Source: the human T2T-CHM13v2.0 reference genome, Homo sapiens. Taken from it: a stretch of DNA of 64,000 nt. Under the pieces are notes generated by a model. The model searched no databases and was not told where the DNA came from. It worked only from the letters and a program-made list of their open reading frames with translations. Location of the stretch: NCBI RefSeq assembly GCF_009914755.1, contig NC_060927.1; one strand, given 5' to 3'. Every line of letters begins with the position of its first letter. The first letter of the stretch is position 1. The position numbers were made by a program, and so were the translations under genes. Below, one piece after another: positions 1 to 14,120 of this stretch.

Positions 1-319
1 TGGTGCTGAACCCTGTGGGAGGATTGATGGTTGCGCTCAGACAACTCATTAGACAGCATACCCAGTAAGTGCTGTGAGGCTATGAGGATGAAATTTAAGA
101 ATATGTGAAAAGCAGAGGTATTTTATATTTAACTATCATAGAATGAGAAAGTTTTGAAAGTTTTATGCATGGAACAAGGAGGTTGTTATCCCTTCTACTC
201 AAAAATATCTCCCCTATCAACCTGTCAAGATGCCTTCATATTTTATTATCAGAAATTCATTCCTTTGGCTTAGCCATTGCCCTAACTAAATGCCTCACAA
301 ATATTTATTGAGTAAATGA

Positions 320-650
<331 letters not shown>

Positions 651-1209
651 CCAGCCAAAGCATGTTTTAACATACAGCTTAATAAAAAGGGCCAGAATGT
701 TGTCCTGCCTATAATATTCTAGTCACCCAACAGGAGTAACTAAAATTTCACCACATGTGATGACATTTAAAATTCTTCCAAAGTGACTTTTTCAACTATA
801 TCACCAAAATGCTTTCTGAACCAGCATTCTTGTCTTCAGTCAGCCTCCTCTAATTTAGCCTCTAAATTATTGTAGGGTAATCTTTCTGCAAATAGATATG
901 ATCATGGCATACGCTTGTTCTGATGCCATTTGCTTCAAGATGGATATTAGTTCTTCTGTGTGGCATGGGAGACCTTCCATCATCACACACTTGGCCCCTC
1001 TTTAGCCTTGGCCTTGTCTTCTCTCTCCAGCTCCCTCATCACCAACCAACATTCTAACCCACCCCCAACACACATACACATACACACACACACACAAAAT
1101 GTAGCCAGGAAGCATCCCATTCTTTGCCTGTCACCTTTACAGGAGTTCTCTCCTGCCTCTATCACATGCAATAGAAATAGTGGTCTGAGAAAAGCTTTTC
1201 CTCCTTCAG

Positions 1210-1650
1210 CATTGCCATGTGACTCCTGAGGGACCAATGATCACAATTCTTATTCTTTCCAGACATAAGAATGGGCATGTGATCCAGGATCAGCCAATCA
1301 GAGAGCTGCTTTCCCTTGGAAAACAAGATGGGCCATATGATCCAAATGAGGTGAACCAAAGCCTTTCCTTGTGATTTTCTTTTTTTTATTCTCTGGTTGC
1401 ATTTTCCTTCTGATTTTATTAAATGAGGAGGGGTAGGTTTTATCTTTTAGGTCAGGGAGCTGGAATAATGTAAATCAGGATCTGCCAGATGCCATCCTCC
1501 CCTCTTGCTGCCAGTGGGGAAAGATCTTCCAGCTGTAGGAGCTAAAGCAGGAAAAGAAGCAAGAGTGAGCAAGAGAGAGAGATTCAGAGATAATGATGGA
1601 CCTCATTTTTGACCCTGGATCCAGTGAAGTCTGAGGTTTGGTAAATGTAA
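1210..1650 (+). mobile_element. Ancient MaLR-type LTR fragment (MLT1K/L-like)
   Basis: Motifs 'gggcatgtgatccaggatcagccaatcagag' and 'gaccctggatccag' resemble old MLT1 LTRs. Highly diverged. Confidence 0.45.
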
Positions 1651-1664
1651 CATATGTCCATGAA

Positions 1665-2195
1665 TTATTTGACACTCCACTCTTCAACTCTTCAACAGAT
1701 GAAGCCTAACTCCCCTCCCCTTACATGTGGGCCAAACCTACTGACTTGCTTCTAATGAATAAAATGTGGTGGAAATGACTGAGCATGACTTTTGAGGGTA
1801 GGTCTTAAAGGCATTGTGGCTTCCATCTTGCTCTCTCTGGGGTCACTTGCTCTGGGAAAAGCCAGCTGCCATGTCAGAGAACATTCAATCAGCCCTATAG
1901 AAATGCCCACATGGGGAGGAACTGAGGCCCCCTGTCAACAGCTGTAGAGGAACTGAGACCCCTTGGCTACAGCCATGTGAGTGAATCATCTTGGAAGTGG
2001 ATCCTTCAGCCACAGCCAAGCCCTCAGATGGCTCAAACCTTGTCTACAACCTCATGAGAGACCTTGAGCCAGAACCACCTCACTAAGCTGCTCCTTAAGT
2101 CCCAACCCTCAGAAATTGTGAGATAATGAATGTTTGTTATTTTAAGTCACCAAGTGTTAGGGTAATTTGTTCCTCAACATTAGGTAACTAACACA
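1665..2195 (+). mobile_element. ERVL-MaLR LTR (MLT1F-like)
   Basis: 'gccagctgccatgt', 'gaggaactgagg', 'tgagccagaaccac', and 3' end 'ttttaagtcacc...gtaatttgtt...taactaacaca' typical of MLT1E/F. Confidence 0.8.
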
Positions 2196-2759
2196 TGTCA
2201 GGTACACCCTTGTACATCTCATCATTTTTCTGTAGTTAAGTTTCGATCTTTTAAACCTGAAATTTCCATAATTAGAATATCACCCTTCCCTTCCTCTCCC
2301 AACTTCTTCACCTGGCTAAGTCCCTCTTCTTTTTCACATTCTTATTGGGCATTACCTTCTCTGGAAAAGCTCTGCCTCACTCCCCATGTTCCACCCCTCC
2401 ACACTGGGTGAGGGTTCCTTCTCTGAATTCCTAGGGCCACAAGTGCCTCTTTCCATGTAGTATAGCCATTGTCATTTTTGTGGGTCTCCTCAACCAGACT
2501 GTGGGCGCTTGAGGACAGGGACCATATCTTTCTACCACTAATCCCTGTATCTCCATGACCAAGAAGAGTTTTCTTGAGAAAACTTTTATCAAGACCCTCA
2601 GTCAATGTAGTAGACACTGTTGGTGCCCATGCATCCCAGGAATCCCTTGGTCCTGAGCAAATCAAGATGGTTGGTCATGCTTACAGTGTCAGGTTACACC
2701 CAGGCCTCAGCTTCTGCTGTGAGAGTTGGTGCTACAGGTTTACACATGTGGCCTTCTCC

Positions 2760-3101
2760 AGATAACCATCTTTCACTCACAGGAGCTGCTTCACCCAGAG
2801 ACACTGGGAGGTATATCGCCACCCTCGGGGGACCACTGGCCAACTAATACAGGGGTATGACAGCACAGCCCCATTATCTCAAGGTGGGGCAGCTCTGTGG
2901 TGCCATTTATGCTCTGGAGCCCCTGTGAGTCATGGCAACGCCAGACTACACTCAAGACCTCATCCTTGCTCAGCTCCTTCCCCTGCCCATCCTGCTTCCT
3001 TCACTTCCTTAATAGAATTTTCTGAAAACACTCCCTCAGTACATCAGATGCACCCAAATACTTGTGTCAGGCTCTGCTTCAAGGGAACCCAAACTAAGAT
3101 A
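2760..3101 (+). mobile_element. ERVL LTR (LTR16 family-like)
   Basis: 3' end 'cttgtgtcaggctctgcttcaagggaacccaaactaagat' matches the LTR16/LTR33 terminus. Confidence 0.65.
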
Positions 3102-3149
3102 GTAAATAGTTATTGAGTGAGTGAGTGAGTGAATGAATGAAGAAAATCT

Positions 3150-3270
3150 TAGTCACTTAATATCTCTGATCCTCGGTTTTCTAATCTGTAAACAGGGGTC
3201 ATAATGCTCATCCTACACAGATGTCATGAGAAATAAAGGATGTGGTATTTGACAAGTGTCTGGTGACATG
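3150..3270 (+). mobile_element. MIR SINE fragment
   Basis: Core 'agtcacttaatatctctgatcctcggttttctaatctgtaaa'. Confidence 0.7.
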
Positions 3271-4129
3271 CCCGCCCCATGAGGGGTTGTTCTAGAGCAG
3301 CTGTCCAATTCCCCTCCTCACCTGAAAGCCCACAGCATGGGCAGTCCTCCACTCTGCCCTTGGGTGAGCCAGGCCCTTCCCTCTCCCACAGTGACCTGTG
3401 GCTTTCCTGAGTCTATCCCAGCCCAGAGTCCTGATTTTGGACAATGGGGTTGTTCCTGAATTTAAGACAGGTGCCATCTGTGTGGAAAGTTAGGCAGGTA
3501 GACAGAGAGTGACTGATAGGCCATCTGATAGCAGGTTTATGTCAAAAACCTGTTTTGGCTGCAGCACATCTTGTTAGTTTCTTTAAGATAAAGCCAGCAT
3601 GTTGAGAGGCTGCTAACAGGAAAATGTGAGTTTCTGTCTTGAGGAGAGGAGATGCCCAGACTTTTTCCCACTTTAATCTCTCCAAGTTCATCTGTCCTGT
3701 TGGTGAAGAGGCCTGGAACGTGCATGGGATCCTGGAGACAGCAACAGGCTATGTGTGATGGGAGCGGATGGAGCCGCAGAGCAGTCAGACCGAAGTACTC
3801 AGACCCTCCTGGCGGCTACCCAACAGGCACCTGACCCAGCTATACATGGGCTTCTGACCTATCTCCCAAAAAATCAGGGCTTCAATGAGAATAGCAACTT
3901 ATATTCAGAGATTGGAGGCTTACCAAAGGGAAGACCGTTGACCTTGCTCTGGAACCACAGGCCTCTGAGGGGATGGACAGCACACCCTGCTTATGGCCCT
4001 CTGGGGAAAACTGCCCCACCTCCACCATCTAAACATGTAGCAGGCCTCTGGTACAAAGCGTGGCTCTCAGGATAGGGAAAAGAACTACTGCCAGAAATAC
4101 CCAAAAAGTCTCAACATAAAGAGACCCAG

Positions 4130-4330
4130 CTTCAGAATCAGGCAGAAATGGACATAGCCTGGCCCTGCTCTTATTGGCTCTGTGATTGTGAATGAGGGCA
4201 CATCTCCACATCTCTGAGCCTCCATTTACTCATCTATAAAATGGGTGTAATCCTCTCTGCTTCACAGGGTTCTGGGTAAGATTAGTGAGCACAACAGCTG
4301 TAGAGCACTGGGTTCACCACAGGCAACTCA
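4130..4330 (+). mobile_element. MIR SINE fragment
   Basis: Core 'tctctgagcctccatttactcatctataaaatggg'. Confidence 0.7.
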
Positions 4331-4604
4331 GGACCTGTGGCCTCCTCCTGTGAGCCTGAGAACTGAGCTGGGGCACTCAGGCCAGGTACTGGACCCATCA
4401 CAGAGCTCAGCTTCAGAGTCCCCAAGCTGTCTTCTCCACCTGTCTTCTTTCTTCAGTCAATACTGAAACCCAGTCCCAGCAAAATCTAGGGTAAAAGGAC
4501 CTTGCATTCTAAAAGGGGACTTCCAAGTAGGTTAATGTCTAACTCATAGAAATAAATCAGTAATGGTGGAATTTCCACACAAAAACAATTGTTGGCTATT
4601 GAAG

Positions 4605-5098
4605 GTTCCAGTTGTTACCGCTCAACAAACCAATTCAAAACATAGTGCTTAAAACAAAAATGTACATATATCTTGGTTCTATGGGCTAACTGAATGGTGG
4701 TCACTTGGGGTCTCTCATGTGGCAACAGTCAGATAGTGGCTGTGGCTGGAGCCATCTGAAGGCTTGACCGGACTGGATATGCAAGATGACTCACTCACAT
4801 GACTGACAGTTGATGCTGGCAGGTGCCTAGGCACTCAGCTGGAGCTCTCAACCATAGTGCCTATACGTGTCCTCTTCATAAGATGATGGCAGCTGGCTTC
4901 TGAAAGGGGCATTCCAAGGGCAAGCCTTCCAAGAGGCTCAGGAGAAGCTGCAATGCTTCAGCTCCTAGTAACCAAGCCTTGAAATTACACAGTATCATTT
5001 GCACTGCATTCTGTTGGTGAGAGCTAGCCCAGGTTCCAGGGTATGAATGTTGGGAGGCCTGGCTCACTGAAGGCCATCTTTAGAGACCAGCTACCACA
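4605..5098 (-). mobile_element. ERVL-MaLR LTR (MLT1H-like)
   Basis: 'gtgcttaaaacaa', 'ggctggagccatctgaaggcttgac', 'caagatgactcactcacatg'; ends 'ggccatctttagagaccagctaccaca'. Confidence 0.75.
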
Positions 5099-5134
5099 GA
5101 AATGATGTTCATTGAGGATGGAAAGAGGAAGATC

Positions 5135-5330
5135 AGCATTTACCAAGTGCCTGTCTTGTACATGGTACTTCAAAAATATCACCCTGAAGTCCTCACAATA
5201 ACCCATAAAGAGGTGTTCTTACTCCCCACTTTAAAGAAAAGGCAACTGAATTCAGAGAGATTACATGGCCGCCCAAGGTCATAAAGCCACAAAATGGCCA
5301 GCCCAGAGTTTGAACTCAATTCTCTGGCCC
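5135..5330 (-). mobile_element. MIR SINE fragment
   Basis: 'cctcacaataaccc', 'caactgaattcagagag', 'gcccaaggtcat', 'tttgaactc'. Confidence 0.65.
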
Positions 5331-7179
5331 ACCTCAGATGAGCCTGAGCTGCAGGGGTTCCCCAGGCAACCATTTCCTGCCATTCTGCCTCAAGAAGCTG
5401 AAGGCTTCACATGCTAATAATTCTCTTCTTCTTTCCACTTGAACAGGTTGCCCTTTCTTTGGAAAGGAAATGAGTTCCTGCTCCATCCAGTAAATGCTAC
5501 TTTCTCTGCCCATGGAGACAGTGTGGCTCACCCATCACTAAGGTCTGGCTCCCTGGGTCCCTCCTTGCTGCATTAGCTCAGACTCCTGGGTCTGCCAGAG
5601 CAGAGGCAGCTGTGTTCTGGGTCCTTTTCTCCTCCCCTCTGCAGCTCTGAGACCCCATTTCTCCATGGATTTCAACTGGCTTAGCTAAGGTTCCCTGAAT
5701 TTTATAGACATGAGCCAGAACTGGGTCATTAAGCCTGAATATTTTGAAATCCCAGCGATTCATAGTCCAATCGAACACCTGTAGTGGTGGAGGGCTGAAG
5801 TACATGTGATCTGGCACCATAGGTTCAGAGCCTGTAACTGGGCATCTGAGGACCCTGAGGGACCTGGATTAACTCCACAGGACTCCAGAAGCTGAAGATC
5901 AGGAGGCATCATAACTCTTTGCTGCATACTCCCATGTAACCAGCTGTGAGTCAGGGCTTGTGGGAGAAAGAAGAGAAGAGTGAGGGACTCTGCCTCCGAG
6001 ATCTTTAATGGTTCAGCAGAGTCTTGGCATATAAATATTTGTTGATAAATGCATTAAAGAATGAATGCGTGAGTGAAACTTATATTAACAGCACAACAGC
6101 ACATTCTATAGGAGGATATGCAATACCCCCAGAAGGCAGTATGGTAGGAAAAACACTAATTCTATTCATCTCCACTGAGCACCTATTTTATGCCTTCACC
6201 ATTAAAATGATCAAGTCCCAACAAATAGCCCTAAGTTCACTTACCCACTTAAACATCTGGGGTGGAGAAAAGACTGAAGTGGCCCAAAGCTGAGGAAGCA
6301 GGCTCTGCCCAGGTGAACTTGCAGAGAGAGGAAACCCACTGCCTGTGGACATAGGACATGACAAGGAGCATGCCTGCAGGTCCTCTAAGACAGAGTAACC
6401 ATGCCCCCAGTAAATGTGGCCTCCTCCAACCAGGTGCTAATTAATCATTCACAGAGGAAAATAAAGCAGGGTGGACACCGTGTTTGAAATGTCCCCACTC
6501 AACTCCTCCCTAATAGACAAAGGCTAAAATATGAGGTGAGGGCCAGAAACTTTCCCCCATCCCCTCTGCACAGAAGTGACAGCCAAATCAGTAGGACCCA
6601 CAATGCTGAGAACTGTGTTTCTGAAGGTGGCCTTCCTTGATGGAGACCAGAAAGCATCTGCCCCTGACTGAAGGTTTTGCCTGAAGATTTCAATTTGTCA
6701 GCATCCTCAAGTAGTGTCCCTCTCCTTGGGCTTCAATTCATGTCCCCAGAATTCATGGGGTCTTCCCCATGGAGAAGAAAGGATGCACATCCTCCTATGG
6801 GCTCCTGGCCCCAAGAATCACTGTTTTCCCCAGACAGATGTCCTTGCTTCTTTCCCTGAAGGGCGTGAGCCTGGGAGGGTGAAATCACCCTTTCCCAGTC
6901 TCTTTCTTCCACAAGCACAGAGCACCTTCCTAACTATTGCAGCAAGTACATGTCCTCATATAAGCCTTACTTTATGTCAAAATCAAACTGTACTAGCTCA
7001 CTTTCCTTATCTGTTTGAGCTAAATAAAAGCTCCTCCCGGGTCTTAAATCCATGAATTTTATGTCAGAGCAGTTGGGGTGAAGTTAAAATGGATTCACCC
7101 ATAGAGAATTACCTATAACTTTTTTATTAGCGTTATCTCTGCTACTTTCAATCCCAGGAGTCACTATCCTTTCATTGCA

Positions 7180-7360
7180 ACCCCCAGTCTGCCACTGTGT
7201 CACCTTGGGCAAGTTACTTAACTCCTCTGAGGCCCTCTCTTCTCATATGAAAATGGAGCTGAAGTTAGCTGACTCACAATGTCATTACAAAGATCAAATG
7301 AGATAATGTCTGCAAAGCACCTAGCTCAGAATGTACTCAGGAAATGCTCAGCTAATGTTA
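7180..7360 (+). mobile_element. MIR SINE fragment
   Basis: 'ccttgggcaagttacttaactcctctgag...aaaatgga...aaatgagataatgt'. Confidence 0.75.
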
Positions 7361-7891
7361 ATTCCCTTCGGGTTCCTCCGATGTTCCCTGCTCAAAAAGA
7401 AATCCCCCAAAGCCTCACCTGCTCCAGCCCCTTTGCTATAGGAATAAGGTTTCTCCCATCCAGCCCACGTCCTTCCTCAGCTGGCTCACACCAACTTATG
7501 AGAGCTGATTGTGCTCATCTCTGCCCAACTCTGCACTCAGCAACCTCATAGTGGAAGGATTTACACTACAGTAATCAGCAAATGCTACGAATCAAAGCTC
7601 CTATCCAGCAGAGCCAACTTACCAGCACACACCTGCTGGCAGGCTACACTTCACCATCCCCACCCACTCGGCCCACCCAGAGCCCACAGAGGCAGGAGGA
7701 TGGACTCTGTAGGGGACTTTGGACCCAAAGCACAGCTTTCCTCTATAGTAAATAGTTTTTTCAACAAGTTCTTCAGGGCCACTCAAAGGCCCACTGACAG
7801 CCATCTGCCATTGATTTTTCCGAGAGGAAAACACAGCATGTGCTCAGAGGCCACCCAACCTTCAGATGAATCCAGTTGAAAAATAACTGCC

Positions 7892-8195
7892 AACTGGGAG
7901 CAGTGGCTCACGCCTGTAATCCCAGCACTTTGGGAGGCTGAGGCGGGCAGATCACGAGGTCAGGAGATCGAGACCATCCAGGCTAACACTGCGAAACCCC
8001 GTCTCGACTAAAAATACAAAAAATTAGCCGGCTGTGGTGGCGGACGCCTGTAGTCCCAGCTACTGGGAGGCTGAGGCAGGAGAATGGCATTAACCCAGGA
8101 GGTGGAGCTTGCAGTGAGCCGAGATCGCGCCACTGCGCTCCAGCCTGGGTGACAGAGTGAGACTCCGTCTCAACAAAAAAAAAAAAAAAAAAAAA
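7892..8195 (+). mobile_element. Alu SINE, AluY
   Basis: AluY diagnostics 'atcacgaggtcaggagatcgagaccatcc', 'agaatggc', 'gagcttgcagtg'. Long A tail; approximate TSD ending in 'ctgcc' on both sides. Confidence 0.95.
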
Positions 8196-8429
8196 CCTGC
8201 CGAAAAGCTTTTGGCCAGGACAGGATAATAGGGACTGTTTTAAAATAAAACCACTGTGTTTTTTAAACGTACAAAGTTGACAGCTTTTCTCTCCACAAAC
8301 TGAAAAAAAAATTTATAAGAAAAATTTTTAAAAATTAGATAACTCATATGTAAAGAAATGGTCAAAATAATTAAAGTCCACAGCTTTTTCACAATTATAA
8401 TGCATACACTATATGGCCCATACCACTCA

Positions 8430-8545
8430 CCAGGCCCCGTTTTAAGCACTTCAGGAATGTTAATTCATTTAATTCTCACAATAATCTTGTGAGGTATATG
8501 CTAGTATTCTTTCCATTTTATAGATGAAGAAACTGAGGCAAGGAG
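8430..8545 (-). mobile_element. MIR SINE fragment
   Basis: 'aattcatttaattctcacaataatcttgtgaggta...ccattttatagatgaagaaactgaggc'. Confidence 0.8.
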
Positions 8546-9669
8546 AGAAACCCTATGAAGTCAGTATCCACAAACTTTGGCCAGGTGGCCCCCACTAGGC
8601 TTTCTCCATCGTTTGGAGCTGCTCATGCTTCACACCCTCCCCAGGTTGTTCTTCTCTCCAGCAGCCTCCACTGCCGGGACCACTCCTTCCTATGTTTTAT
8701 CTGGCAAACTCCTGCTCATCTTTCATTTTACATTCTCATCAGCTGTGGAAGAAAGAGGTTTGCTTTTTCTCTCTCAGCTTTCTTTCCTTCCAGTCTACTC
8801 CCTTCCTGAAAAAGAAACTAATAGCATGATAGCCCATCAAATGATGCTAGGAAATGCCATTGAGGCTGTGAAGAGAAAGACTTGCTTGTCTTTTGGAGCA
8901 GCCTCTGGCAACTCTAACCTTCCCCTGGGATACACAAGACTCAAGGTTCTTAAGCAGGACCTTAGAGGAGATAGCGAAAAGGCAGAAAAAGACTAAGCGT
9001 GGAGGCAGCTCCTGACTCCCACCATCATGGATCTGTGAGACTAGCTGGTGACCCTGTGAGAACAGTTGGGGAACATCTTGAGTTGACACCCCCAAATTTT
9101 AAGTGTGGGCTCTATCAGCTAAGAAAAAGACTCGCAGATGTCACGGGTATAACTAAGAGGTCATGTAACACATCTAAACAGCATAGCAGGATGTAAAGTA
9201 AAATGTAAAAATCAAGAATGTATTCAAGTATAAATATATGGAAAAAGGAAAAACAATTATGGAGGATGAAGGAATAAAAAAAGAACATAAAACTTTGGTA
9301 AGTCATCCAAACACTGATTTTTACATGAATAGGGAAATTAACCTGAAAGTACTTTAAAAACTGGAAAAATCAATATTTAATGATCATGAGTAAAAGCTGT
9401 ATTTTAAATACTGAGCCATAAGTCAAGAAAAATAGAAATGAATAACCCCATTTAGGTTTTTACTTGATGACTATGCTATTTTCATGAATTTAGGAGTGTC
9501 ATTTAATATATCTGTTACTTTTTCACCTTTTTAAAACATTAACTAACACAATTTCCTTTCATTTGAAAAACAAAATCAAGCCTCCATTTAACCTCGCTCA
9601 ATTTCCAGGAAAATTGGTGCCCATCCAGGCTCATATTTCTTCATTCACATACATACACTCATACTACAT

Positions 9670-10219
<550 letters not shown>

Positions 10220-10544
10220 TTATCGTCTTTTAAATGTTGTCTCTTCCCATCTAGAAACATGGTATATCTGTTACCTTAAACTTTGTCTCATGTGGATCAC
10301 GTCCCTCTTTTGTTAGGCTTACTCCTAAGCATTCAGACTTTTCAATTTGCTACTAGTTCTAATCGTTTCTCAAAAGTACCGATTTCATTTCATCTTTTGT
10401 TGTATTATTATTTCAACTATTTATCTTGAAGTAAGCTTCTTCAGAAAGCCTTCACTCACCCTTCACTCTGCTTCTCTTTAACATAGACCTTAACAGGATA
10501 CACAGAAATCATCTATGTGCTGATATCGTCCCACTTGCTTCTTA

Positions 10545-10745
10545 TTACCACCATTTTAAACACATATAATGTGCCAGGGACTGGGCTAAGCAGTTTACAT
10601 TCATTGCATCATTCAATTATTATATTATATCTCTAAAGAAGTAATTATTTTTCTCATTTCACCAATGAGGAAACTGAGGCTCAGAGAAGTGGTGTTGTGA
10701 TCCTAGGTCCATACAGCTAATAAGATGAGGAGCTGAAATTTTAAC
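10545..10745 (-). mobile_element. MIR SINE fragment
   Basis: 'tgtgccagggactgggctaagc...aatgaggaaactgaggctcagagaagt...catacagctaataag'. Confidence 0.75.
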
Positions 10746-11049
10746 TTTCATTTGATTGTCACAAGTCAGCAACACCCCTACTCTGTTATGACACTTTCTT
10801 AAAGACAGCAACTCATGTTATATTCATCCCCTCACGCCTCCTTCTAGCGCAGTCTAGGATGCATCATAGATCCTTGGCCAATGTCACTCCTTTTATTTGC
10901 CCTCAGTTAGGAAAATTCTAAATAATTCCTTAAGCATAAACAAAATCCATCAGGTCTCTACTTGTGGTCTTCAACATGTGGAAGATACTTTTAATAATAC
11001 CACAGGATTGAAGTTTCAACACAAAAGAGGAATCTTCTGGTAGGAGGAT

Positions 11050-11572
11050 GTATCAGACACCTCTTGTGCCTCATCTCACATCCTCTTTACCTGCCCTGTT
11101 ACCACATCCTTTACTGAAGACACCAACTGTAAGCAAATGTAACCAGAGAGTCCTGCGTCCCCGACTGCTAGAGCTCCCCCACTCTCTCTCTCCTTGCTGT
11201 CCCCAGGCTTCTTTACTCCTTGCCTGTGAAATGCCCATGGCAAAGTGGTCAGCCACTCTGAATCATGAGGAAGCCTAAAAGGGCGAAAGTTGTGAACGCC
11301 CCCAGATAACGACTGCCTCTCCCGTCTTCAAGTGGGCCATTCCCAGGCACATCCTGGACAGCGCCACAGAGGGTTCCAGTGGGGCTGAGCCCAGCCATCC
11401 ATGGCAGTGACCAGCTCGATGACGCATCCTTGGATTGGCGGTCCCACCTTCTCTGTTTCCCAACTCTCAGTTCCCCACTCCTGTTCCCTGGATTCACTTC
11501 CCAAAACAAATCATTGGCACAAAACCCTTGTGTTGGGCTCTGCTTTCTGAGGCTTTCTAGTCTGAGCTAACA
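11050..11572 (+). mobile_element. ERVL LTR (LTR16C-like)
   Basis: 'cagagggttccagtggggctgagcccag', 'gtgaccagctcgatgacgcatccttggattggc', 'cacttcccaaaacaaa', 'gggctctgctttctg'. Confidence 0.7.
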
Positions 11573-11706
11573 GAGGGCATGGTGCATATGCCAGCTCACA
11601 TGGGCACAGGCATGCACACGCTCACCTCCTTAGTCATGTATGTACATACATGTAGAGTATGCACACCAGTTTAAATCCCACAGGATTTGAGTTTTGCTTT
11701 ATATTT

Positions 11707-11759
11707 TCCTCCTTCTCCTCCTTCTCCTTCTCCTCCTCTTTCTTCTTCCTCTTCTTTTT
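11707..11759. repeat. Pyrimidine-rich low-complexity (CTCCTT/CTT)n tract
   Basis: Read directly: tcctccttctcctccttctccttctcctcctctttcttcttcctcttc. Confidence 0.85.
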
Positions 11760-12329
11760 GGTCTGCATAAAGGAACTCAGCTATGGTCAAGGAAAATGAA
11801 GCATTTGCTGTTTCAGCATCATCAGGACTGTTTCTAGACACCATCATCCCTTATGCCGCAGTGCATAACATTGCTAAAAAGCAGACTCCATTTACCTAAT
11901 GTCAATAAAGTCCATGCCAAGTCCATTTAGAAAAAAATTGTTTTTTCATTTCTCTATCTGTGCCTAATCCCCAACTCAGTCTCCCCCAACCTGTGAGAAG
12001 GAGGAATGCCAAAAGCCAAAGAACTAATCATGGGTTGTGGTCACTGACAATCCAAGAAAAGCGTGTTAGATCATATCACAGTAACTCTCACTAACAGTAA
12101 GGAGCACTTGAGTGGCAGGACCAGAGCTACAGTCAGGCTCTGACTTGTAGTATGACCCTAAACAAATCATATAATTTCTCTAAATCTATTTCCCCATCTG
12201 TAAGATGGAGTTTTTTTTACCCAAAATTGCCTCAAATTTAGATTTTTTACTAACTCACAATTATGTCCCCAGTTACTGTGAACCATTGATACCTTGTATA
12301 TCTATGGGGAGAAAGAGGAGAGATTTAAT

Positions 12330-12555
12330 ACTACTGTACTAGGCACTGAGCTAGTTGTGATTTTATTACAGCCCTTATATCATTATGTCCACAGTAGCCT
12401 ACATTTTTAGCTCTATTTTATGATGTGGCCACTGAAACTCAAGAGCTCAAATAACACTCTCAAGGTCAATCAGTTGATAAGTCGTAGCAAGAGGTCTAGA
12501 CTCAGGTCTCTCTGAGCATAAACCCATTTACTTCCCACTGCTTCACACCACTGCT
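12330..12555 (-). mobile_element. MIR SINE fragment
   Basis: 'tgtactaggcactgagcta...ctattttatgatgtggccactgaaactcaagag...caaggtca'. Confidence 0.6.
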
Positions 12556-12703
12556 AACTAAAGGTGAAAGGAAATAATATTGTGCACAGTTAGCACTCAA
12601 AGATTCCTGTTGGTCTTATCTCAGAAATTGACCCACAATTGTCAGAAATTGAAAGCTCCTTAAAGGTAGGATCCCATGGATAAAAATTTTCATCTTAGCC
12701 CAT

Positions 12704-12950
12704 TGTCTTAGTCTTAGTCTGTTCTGGTTGCTACAACAAAATACCGGAGACCAGGTAATTTATAAACAATATAAATTTCTCACAATTCTGGAGGCTGGGA
12801 ATTCCAAGATCAAGGTGCCTGCAGATTCAGGGGCTAGTGATGGCTTGTTCCGTCTGCTACAAGATGGCACCTTGTTGCTGCATATTCTGGAGAGGAAAAC
12901 TGCTATATCTTCACATGGCAGAAGAAATGAACAGGACAAAAAATGGATCA
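12704..12950 (-). mobile_element. ERVL-MaLR LTR, partial (MSTC/MSTD or MLT1A-like)
   Basis: 'tgtcttagtc...ttgctacaacaaaatacc...ctcacaattctggaggctggg...ccaagatcaaggtgcc...cacatggcagaag'. Confidence 0.8.
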
Positions 12951-12980
12951 CACTCACAAATATTCAAGCCAAACCACCCA

Positions 12981-13513
12981 TGTATTAGCTTCCTATGGCT
13001 GCTGTAACAAATTGCTACAAATGTGATGGCTTACAACAATGCACATGTATTCTCTTACAGTCCTAAAAGTCAGAAGTCCAAAATGGTAAACAGTCAAAAC
13101 CAAGGTGTTAGCAGGGCTGTACTCCCTTCAGAGACTCTAGGGGAAAGTCTCTTTCCTTGACTTTTCCAGTCCCTGCAGCTGCATTTTTCGCATATCTCGG
13201 CTGGCTCATGGCCCCTTCCTCCAACTTCAAAGCCAGCAGCTTCTCTCTCTGCTTCTGACTCCAATTCCCTCTGCTTTCATCACATGGCCTTCTTCTCTTC
13301 TGTCTGTAGCCCAATTTCTCTTTCCCTTCCTCTTATCAGTAATTTTTCTTACTACATTTAGCAGCCACCTAGATAATCCAGAAAAATCTTCCCTTCTCAA
13401 GATCCTTAATTTAAGCACATCCACAAAGTCCCTTTTTCTATATAAGGTAACATTAACAAATTCCAGGGAGTAGGGCCTGGATATCTTTGAAGACTATTAT
13501 TCAACCCACCACA
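12981..13513 (-). mobile_element. ERVL-MaLR LTR (MLT1D/E-like)
   Basis: Starts 'tgtattagcttcctatggctgctgtaacaaatt'. Internal 'cttcaaagccagcagc' and 'caagatccttaatttaa'. Ends 'attcaacccaccaca'. Confidence 0.85.
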
Positions 13514-13764
13514 GCCACTCTAGAAAAGTAACCCAGAAAACTATTAAATTCTCAAGCGTACAGCATTTTCAGTCACATGCACTTTAGACCAACTCATAAC
13601 ACATTTATGAAATCAGCAAACTCCGAAGGCATCCCTGATGCCCTGACCTATCTTGCCACACCTGCCCCCAGGTGCTCAATGCCCTCACATTTTAATCCTC
13701 TTCTTTTTCTCCACATCAATCAATTCCCAAGAGAGAGAAAAATTAGCAATTTATTCTTCCAAGG

Positions 13765-14120
13765 TGATATGGTTTAGTTCTCATCTCAAATTGTAATCCC
13801 CACATGTCGAGGAAGGGACCTGGTGGGAGGTGATTGGATCATGGGGGCAGTTTTCCCCATGCTGTTCTCATGATAGTGAGGGAGTTCTCATAAGAGCTGA
13901 TGGTTTTAAAAGTTTTTGGCAGTTTCCCCTTTGCACTCTCTCTTTCTCTCTTGCTGCCATATAAGATGTGCCTTGCTCCCCCTTTGCCTTCCACCATGAC
14001 TGTAAGTTTCCTGAGGCCTCCCTAGCCATGCAGAACTGTGAGCCAATTAAACTTCCTTCCTTTATAAATTACCCAGTCTCAGGTAGTATCTTTATAACAG
14101 TGTGAGAATGGACTAATATA
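13765..14120 (+). mobile_element. THE1D-like solo LTR (ERVL-MaLR)
   Basis: TGATATGG start and 'ggactaatata' end; 'attaaa' polyA-type signal. 5-bp TSD caagg at 13760-13764 and 14121-14125. Confidence 0.92.

Noticed and set aside
9100-9630. Possible hAT DNA-transposon remnant
   Set aside because: AT-rich and suggestive, but I could not identify terminal inverted repeats or a family.
11635-11652. Perfect 18-bp palindrome catgtatgtacatacatg
   Set aside because: Lies in a low-complexity alternating purine-pyrimidine patch where palindromes arise easily.
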